From an uncultured Chitinophagaceae bacterium (GTDB taxonomy: Bacteria > Bacteroidota > Bacteroidia > Chitinophagales > Chitinophagaceae), in the NCBI GenBank assembly GCA_963760045.1, contig CAVXBN010000022.1, forward strand, positions 136,682 through 200,681: 64,000 nucleotides of DNA, given 5' to 3'. Below the pieces are notes generated by a model, which was not told the DNA's origin, searched no databases, and was given only the letters and a program-made list of their open reading frames with translations. Shown here in pieces: positions 56,976 to 64,000 of the stretch. Position 1 is the stretch's first letter. Each line of letters starts with the position of its first letter. Made by a program: the position numbers and the translations under genes.

Positions 56976-58896
56976 ATGAAAAAAATACTCGCCATTTGTA
57001 GTTGCTTACTGGTTGTTTACTGTGCAGACGCACAGGTACGGCTGCCCCGTTTTATAAGAGACAGCATGATACTGCAGCGCGATGCAAAAATTAATGTGTG
57101 GGGATGGGCAGCCAACGGCGAAAACATCAGCCTCAAATGGAACGGCAAAACTTATAAAACGAGTACAGGCAACGATGGCAAATGGAAGCTTCAGCTCGCA
57201 GCTACCAAAGCGGGCGGTCCTTACACCATGGAGATAAAAGGCAGCAACAGCATTGCACTAAACAACATACTGGTGGGCGATGTGTATTTGTGTACCGGTC
57301 AATCGAACATGGTGCATCAAATGGGCTTGCACAGTGGTTTATATGGCGAAGACATTGCAACTGCCAACAACCCGCAAATCCGGCAATTTTGGGTACCCAA
57401 TATTACAAACCTCGAAGCACCACAGGATGATGTTCCCTACGGCTCGTGGAAGTGGGCAAACCCTACCGATGTGAAAGATTTTTCTGCCGTGGCGTATTTC
57501 TTTGCAAAAGAATTATACAACAAATACCGCGTGCCCATTGGCATCATCAATGCAAGCTGGGGCGGCGTGCCCATCGAAGCGATGATGAGCGAAAAAAGCC
57601 TGCAGGAATTTCCTTCTATCTTATCAACCGTACAGAAAAATAAAGACACGGCATATGTAAACGAAACCAACCGCAAAGCCTTTGCGGCTATGCGTTCCCT
57701 GCCGGTTCCCGAAGACAAAGGCACCACCGGAAAATGGTACGATCCATCTTATACACCCAAAGGCTGGCGACAGATTGCCATTCCCGGTTATTGGGAAGAC
57801 CAGGGCGTGAAAGATCTTGACGGCGTGGTGTGGTACCGGAGAGAAATTGATATTCCCGCTTCAATGACGACAGCGCAGGCTACCGTATTTCTCGGTCGCA
57901 TAGTAGATGCCGATGTGTTGTACATCAACGGCAAGCAAGTTGGCAACACCGGTTATATGTATCCGCAACGCCATTATTCTGTGCCCGAAGGTTTGTTGCA
58001 CAGTGGTAAAAATTTGTTTGTTGTGCGGGTGACCAACAATTTTGGAAAAGGCGGCTTTGTGCCCGATAAACCTTATGAGTTAATAGCCGGTAACGATACA
58101 GTTGATCTAACCGGTTACTGGCAATACAAAGTGGGTGCAGTGAACACGCCACGCGCAGGCATTGGCAGCAACAGCATTGCGTTGCAAAACCAGCCAACGG
58201 CGTTGTACAACTCAATGATTGCACCCTTCGTGCCTTACACCATCAAAGGATTTCTGTGGTACCAGGGCGAAAGCAATGCGGGCAGACCCGATGAATATGC
58301 AAAACTGCAACCTGCTATGATTACCGATTGGCGCAACCGATGGAACGAAGGCAATTTGCCGTTTTTGTTTGTTCAACTTCCCGGTTTTATGGATTACAAT
58401 TATTTGCCTACCGAAAGTGGTTGGGCGCAGTTTCAGGGAAGCACAGGCAAAATCGCTGGCACTGCCCAATACCGGGATGGCAGTTGCCATTGATTTGGGC
58501 GAATGGAACGACATTCATCCCGACCGTAAAAAAGAGGTAGGACAAAGGCTGGCACTCGCAGCAGAGAAAATTGCTTATGGCGAAAACATTGTTTATTCAG
58601 GTCCTACCTATCAATCATTTACCATTGATGGCAATAAAATCATCATCACGTTTAAAAATACCGGCAGCGGCTTAACAACGAGTGATGGAGAAGCGCCGGC
58701 AGAGTTTGCCATAGCTGGTGCCGACAAACATTTTGTGTGGGCAAAAGCAACGATTGATGGAGATAACATCATACTGTCGGGCGACGGAATTACGGAACCA
58801 AAATATGTACGATATGCATGGGCGGACGATCCGGTGAACCCGAATCTGGTAAACAAAGAAGGCTTGCCGGCAGCCCCGTTCAGAACGGATCAATAA
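56976..58896 (+). CDS. Sialate O-acetylesterase-like SGNH esterase (SASA) with sugar-binding insert, frameshift near 58435
   Basis: MILQR, VGDV..CTGQSNM, FSAVAYFF, WYQGESN, DIHP..KK.VG.RL, VRYAW, GLPA.PFRTD. Confidence 0.9.
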
Positions 58897-59101
58897 ATCA
58901 GGTATATAATAATGACGGTCAACTCTCAGCATTTACTTTCGCAATAAAGTCTGGTGGCATTTGTTTGATGCAAGTTTACAGATGTAACTAGTAACTTAAT
59001 TTAGGTGTTGCATTGGTTCAACTCATCAATAAGGGCATCGTACATACTAATAAGAATTCATACCATTTTGTTCCATTATTGAGCTTTTCCTAGGTCGGCT
59101 T

Positions 59102-59251
59102 TCAAAAGCAAGCTGGTTTAGGCAGCTCCAGTTTGCCTCTCAGGACATCCGCAGTATACTCTACTCGAAATAATCCCCGTTCCTGCAAAATGGGTACTAC
59201 AAAAGCCGTAAAATCCTGTAATCCATGCGGGTGGGATGGAAATCGAAAGCC
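59102..59251 (-). pseudogene. C-terminal remnant of an NtaA/DmoA-type LLM flavin monooxygenase
   Basis: Hand translation GFRFPSHPHGLQDFTAFVVPILQERGLFRVEYTADVLRGKLELPKPACF*; matches the family tail F...VVP.LQ.RGLFR.EY...LR..L.LP.P. Confidence 0.7.
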
Positions 59252-59334
59252 CTATGAATTTCTTGTATGGTACTGATGGCAAACAAAACGAAACACTTCT
59301 AAGTGCCGGGGTAAAACTGAATTGACAATCAGCA

Positions 59335-60011
59335 TTATCGTCCTTTTTGCTTCAACGCCCTCTTTGCTAAAATTTTGATGTCGCTTACTTCCACTACCTT
59401 TTTTTCGTAACCGTTTTGTGCTAGCATAAATCATTGCCTGACCTAACTGACGTATGGTGTTTGAGGTCTTTGGAAAGAGGGCATTGAAAACGGGATAAAC
59501 CCACGACATAAAACGTCTGTGTTTTGGATAGGTTTTTTTGCCCTTCGGTAAATTGCATCAAGCCCGGACGAAAAGCATACACTTGTTTAAATGGCATCTT
59601 CATCAACGCATTTTCTGTTTTGCCTTTTACCCGTGCCCACATCTGTCTTCCCTGTTCACTGCTATCCGTTCCGGCACCACTGATAAAAGCAAATGTCATT
59701 TGAGACTTTGGGTGTAAGGCTTTGGCGAAGGCTATCGTTGTGTCGTAGGTAATGCGGGTGTATTCCGGTTCTTTCATCCCTACGCTGCTTACGCCAGCGC
59801 AAAAAAAGCAGGCATCGTAACCTTGTAACTTTTCATCGCCTTCTTTTAATGTGGTGAAATCTGATACAATGTATTCTTTCAGCTTTGGATGTTTAATGTG
59901 TATCGGTTTACGGCTAACACTCAACACTTGTGTTATTTCCGGGTTTGCCAAACATTCCAACAACACGCCTTCGCCTACCATACCTGTTGTTCCTGTGATA
60001 ATAACTTTCAT
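59335..60011 (-). CDS. NAD(P)-binding epimerase-like protein (CC3/TIP30-like), frameshifted at the 3' end
   Basis: IITGTTGMVGEG, DACFFCAGVSS, SG.GTD, WARVKGKTEN, FRPG. Confidence 0.85.
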
Positions 60012-60052
60012 ATTATTATATTCGTATTTAATTGTCGTAGTTGTAATTCAAA

Positions 60053-60962
60053 TTAGTTCATGTTTCTGTATTCAAGCGGTGTCATTCCTGTTTTTGACTT
60101 GAACAGCCGGGAAAAATATTGCGGGTACTCAAAGCCCAATGAAAAGGCTAATTCGCTTACCGACTTATTGGAACTTAAAAGCAAATTCTTCGCTTCTTCC
60201 ATCAGGTAATAATGAATGCGGTCTTGTGCATTCATGCCGGTTTCCCGCTTTAATAAATCGCTTAAATAGTTGGGTGATAAATGTACCTGGTCGGCTAAAT
60301 ATTTTACGGTGGGCAAGCCTTTTTCACTTAAATCCGTCTCCTGAAAATATTCTCTTAAAACATCTTCCACTTTTGTAAGTAAGTCGCTATTGGCTTTCCT
60401 TCTGGTGATGAATTGCCTGTCGTAATACCGGGTGCAATAATTCAGCAGCAGTTCAATATTGCTCACGATAAGGGTCTGGCTGTGCTGGTCAATATTCTCT
60501 GATAGTTCAGCATCAATTTTATGTACAATATCGTTCAGCGTTTGCTTTTCCTTTTCAGACAAATGCAGGGCTTCGCTTGTTTCATAAGAGAAAAAGGAAT
60601 ACGCTTTCATCTTCTTTCCCCAAAGAAGTACCGTGAATTAAATGGGGATGAAAGAACAAGCCCCATCCTGACATGTCTGCCTTTTTATTTGTGGGTTCAT
60701 CTAACGTAACTACCTGCCGTGGTGCAATGCATATTAAACTTCCATCCTGAAAGTCGTATGATTGTTGCCCGTACTTGACCTTATTGGCACAATGGTTTTT
60801 AAACATCACGGCATAAAAGCCTAAGGTTGCTTTAAACCCGGAATTGATTTGTTCTCCATTTTTGGAGAAGTCAACAACTGCCACCAAAGGATGTTTGACG
60901 CTTGCTTCCGGAAGCATTTGCTTCATTTCGGAAATCGTTTCTAAATGAATAAGGTTGCTCAT
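60053..60962 (-). CDS. AraC family transcriptional regulator, frameshift near 60615
   Basis: HPLV, YG...YDF..G.L, YSFFSY..SEALHLS..E, RYYDRQF.TR, SPNYLSDLLK.ETG, LGFEYPQYFSRLFK. Confidence 0.9.
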
Positions 60963-60964
60963 GA

Positions 60965-61780
60965 TTACATTTGGCTCGTTACAATTTTGTCAAACAATGT
61001 ATCACCCAAATAGGTTCTCATCCACACCATCGGCTTTGCATACTGACCCACCCTGTACCTTGTTTTTGGATTGGGTGTTTTAATGATTTTTGCTACCGCA
61101 TCGGCTATAACGGAAGGCTTGGAAGCACTATTGTTTTCTTCGGATTTCTTAATGGCGCCTATCACTTTATCCATTAAGTTTTTATAGGCGCTTGTTTCAG
61201 GAATTTTTGCAAAATGGTCTTCCACAACTGAATTAAATTCTGTGGCAATGGCACCGGGTTCCAAAATAACAACGCTGATGTTAAATGGCTTTAGTTCTAA
61301 CCGTAAACAGTCACTAAAACCTTCTACGGCGTGCTTGCTTGCATGGTACCAGGCACCCAACGGAAAATACACTTTACCACCCATTGATGATGTATTGATG
61401 ATTAACCCTGCCTTTCCTTTACGCATAAAGGGGACCACCTTTTGGGTAACGGCAGCCAAGCCAAACAGATTGACTTCCATTTCTTTTCTGGCTTCGGAAA
61501 GCGGAACATCTTCTACTGAACCGTACAGACCATAACCGGCATTGTTCCAAAGCACATCTATCTTACCTTCTTTTTGAATAATGGTGTTCACCACCTCATC
61601 AATGTTGGCTTCGTTTGTTACGTCCATTTGCAGGGGAAAGCCACCCAGTGCTTTTAAGTCCTGCATTTGGTCAATTCTTCTTGCCACTGTATAAACGTGA
61701 TGACCCTGTTGGATGAGCTTTTTAGCTGTTTCTTTACCCATTCCTGAACTGGCACCCGTTATTAAAATTACCTTTTTCAT
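60965..61780 (-). CDS. Short-chain dehydrogenase/reductase
   Basis: TGASSGMG, NNAGYG, SS, YHASK (YxxxK). Confidence 0.92.
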   Translation of the reverse strand: MKKVILITGASSGMGKETAKKLIQQGHHVYTVARRIDQMQDLKALGGFPLQMDVTNEANIDEVVNTIIQKEGKIDVLWNNAGYGLYGSVEDVPLSEARKEMEVNLFGLAAVTQKVVPFMRKGKAGLIINTSSMGGKVYFPLGAWYHASKHAVEGFSDCLRLELKPFNISVVILEPGAIATEFNSVVEDHFAKIPETSAYKNLMDKVIGAIKKSEENNSASKPSVIADAVAKIIKTPNPKTRYRVGQYAKPMVWMRTYLGDTLFDKIVTSQM

Positions 61781-61836
61781 TTGTTTTCGTTTTTAATGAT
61801 GGTGCAAATTTCTGACGAAAACGGGGGGTAGTGTTA

Positions 61837-61867
61837 ATACAGATACGGGTTCGTTGTATACAAATTC
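61837..61867. promoter_or_regulatory. Candidate AraC binding site upstream of the SDR-araC operon
   Basis: ATACAGATAC (61837) and ATACAAATTC (61858), 8/10 identical, 21-bp period. Confidence 0.45.
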
Positions 61868-61952
61868 TCTTTTTAGGATAAGGCTTAGAAAAGAGCTGCT
61901 TAGTAGGGTAAGCTGTAATTTTTCTAAGTAGTGAGATTTAATGTCATTACTT

Positions 61953-62110
61953 ATGCTCCGATAGGAGCATACTGTTTATAGAAAAATTTGTATTTCATGT
62001 TTTACCAGGCTCCGTATGGAGCTTTCTTTGCTTTACCACAGGAGACTCCTATGTAGTCTTTGGTTTGTTTTCATTTTATTTTCTATAAACTGGAAGCCCC
62101 TTCCGGGGCT
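61953..62110. repeat. REP/MITE-like palindrome cluster
   Basis: Four hairpins (ATGCTCC-GATA-GGAGCAT, GCTCC-GTAT-GGAGC, AGACTCC-TAT-GTAGTCT, AGCCCC-TTCC-GGGGCT) with inverted flanks CTGTTTATAGAAAA and TTTTCTATAAACTG. Confidence 0.7.
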
Positions 62111-62363
62111 GATTATTCGTAGGTTAATAACATTGCAGGTGCTGCTTCCATTTTCAGACCCGTTTTCCTGCATATACCGGAAACTTGCTGTGCTCTCCGT
62201 TATCTGCGATAGGCTGCATGTTTTTCAACAACATCATATTCTCTTACGCAATATTGCTGAATAATGCAACCAGAGTACAAGTGTGCGACGCAACGGAAGC
62301 TTCATAGTACCTCAACTGCCTGGTCCAAAAAAAATACATGCACTACTTTATGCAGCTTACCAA

Positions 62364-62820
62364 TTATTCAAAAGTTACACGTACATCACCCGTGCCCAAT
62401 GCAGCCTGCAGCCCGTTAACATCATCAATGCGACCAAGCTTAGTGTAGCTGTAGGAGGTAGAAAAGGATTTATAGAACAATACCAATGTAGAAGAGCCGT
62501 ATAGCATCAAATCACCAGTTTGTATCGTTCCTGGATTGGCTGCACCCGTAGGCAGACTTTTGGTAAGGTCAGCATATTTTTCGTTGTTGTTCAGCTCAAC
62601 CATGTTTACGGTTAATGGCAAAAGCTTTGAAAGCTGTTGCCGTTGCATTGTCGTACAATGTTGCAGTAAAGGTGCTGTTTCCAATTTTGATTTTCATTTT
62701 GCTTCCGGTTTGAGTTGTATCGTTGTTGCTGTTGTTATCTGCCCGCGCAACATTTTTACTGCAGGATGCACAACTTGTGAGAAATGATCCAATTAAAGCT
62801 AATACGATTAAGTATTTCAT
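62364..62820 (-). CDS. Cyclophilin-like fold lipoprotein, frameshift near 62620
   Basis: Lipobox LTSC; MKIKIG..TFTATLYDN.TA.AF|LPLT..M.ELN.NEKY, GDLMLYG...LVLFY..F.TSYSYT.LG. Confidence 0.82.
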
Positions 62821-62987
62821 GATCTCTGTTTTGATGTGTATTGTTTCTGTAATACTAATACTCCTCCAGCAGCAGAAATTAACCGATCAAATATGACATC
62901 GTCTGATGCAAGGCTAAACAATCAAATCCTATCTTTTCTTAAAATCATTCGGCAACTTTGTATTGCAATCCTTTAAACAATAGCAGA

Positions 62988-63973
62988 TTAGTTTTTTACT
63001 ACATATTGTTTCAGAAAACGATCAACTATATCAAAAGTTTCTTTCGTCCAGAATTCCGAGCTTCCATGGTCAGCGCCTTTTATCTGGTAAAACTGATAGG
63101 GATAGTTTTTCCTTTCAAGCGCATCTGCCATCAGCACACTTTGATGAAAGGGCACAATCTTGTCTTTGGAGCCATGTATAATGAGTATAGGAACCTTTTT
63201 TGAGGGTGTCCTTCACGTAATTAACAGGGTTTGTCACTGCGGCTTCCGCTTTGTTTTGGAGCACGTTTTTGCCACCCAGCAACTGTCCTTCCGGGCTTTT
63301 GGGACTTACATGGTCTAAGATAGATGGCTCATCATTCATCTTAGTAATATCGGTCGGTCCATAAAAATCTACTACCGCATTTACTTTCGTTGCATATCCA
63401 TTTAAATCGTCCGTATCAAGTTCTGAATTGTTTGTAGTTAACCCAACCATCAGGGCTGTATGACCGCCGGAAGAATCGCCCCATATAAACACATTGTCTT
63501 CATCCACACCGTAAGTGTTTGCGTTTTTTCTCATAAACCGAATTGCTGTTTTGGCATCCTGTACCTGAGCCGGAAATGGAGCTACTGAAGAAGGGCGATA
63601 TTCAACAATGGCTATTACATAGCCCCGCTTTGCAAACTCCATAAGCTGGGGTAAATTGGCGTACACATTTTGCTTCATCCAGGCAGAACCCTGTACGTAC
63701 ACAATACAAGGCAATTTCTTATTCGCAGATTTTGGCTGAATAATCTTGCAGGGTCAAGTCCATTCCATCGCGTGTAATGTACTTTACATCGTGTACGTAC
63801 GTAAGCTGCGAACTATCTTCTTTGATGGTGATGACCTCCATCCCCTTTGAAGATGCTTTTGATTCCGGGAAATTATCAGGTGTGTAGTTTTGCGGAGGAA
63901 GCAAGGGTTGATTTTGCGCACTCATAGTAAGTGTGAAAAGGCACCCAAACACCAAAATGGTTAATGATTTCAT
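62988..63973 (-). CDS. Secreted alpha/beta hydrolase (BD-FAE-like), frameshifted
   Basis: YVQGSAW, VEYRPS..APFPAQVQDAK, GDSSGG, DFYGP; shifted tail IIHGSKD.IVPF.QS...GADHG...YVVKN*. Confidence 0.82.
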
Positions 63974-64000
63974 ACACGCACTTTTTAAATCAATTTTACG

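Overview
A 64-kb chromosomal segment from a Bacteroidota genome, most consistent with Chitinophagaceae (SusC/SusD, hybrid two-component system, T9SS C-terminal domain, A-rich translation starts without Shine-Dalgarno sites). Layout: (1) 1-12 kb housekeeping genes (DUF4954, deoxyhypusine-synthase-like, acpH, asnB, cystathionine gamma-synthase/lyase, AI-2E transporter, ppk2). (2) 12-30 kb sucrose/fructan locus: MFS plus GH13_4 amylosucrase-like enzyme converging on a BT1754-BT1763-like fructan PUL (HTCS, sugar porter, fructokinase, SusC, SusD, a thioredoxin-like protein, GH32). (3) 30-36.5 kb accessory patch: phage-type HNH nuclease, T9SS-secreted M4 protease, an intact orphan cas6 with apparently altered catalytic positions and no array or other cas genes, a disrupted small basic gene behind an 11-bp phased repeat, and a serine hydrolase. 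(4) 36.9-42.6 kb decaying island starting at a tRNA-Ser-like 3' scar: near-intact arsR-arsM-arsC, then true pseudogenes of a group 1h-like [NiFe]-hydrogenase (small and large subunits), a SnoaL-like protein and a UreH/NiCoT-like nickel transporter. (5) 42.7-58.9 kb esterase-rich xylan cluster (GH67, GH51, CE1s, GH10, GH3, SASA) with a GH8 remnant and LacI-type operators. (6) 59-64 kb AraC/SDR/epimerase/hydrolase genes, a monooxygenase remnant and a REP-like palindrome cluster. About 20 otherwise normal genes carry single-base frameshifts, most likely long-read assembly errors. No new system is proven. The best leads are the orphan Cas6 locus, the relic hydrogenase island and the thioredoxin-like gene beside a Cys-Cys SusD. 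All family calls come from motif recognition by eye, not from database searches.
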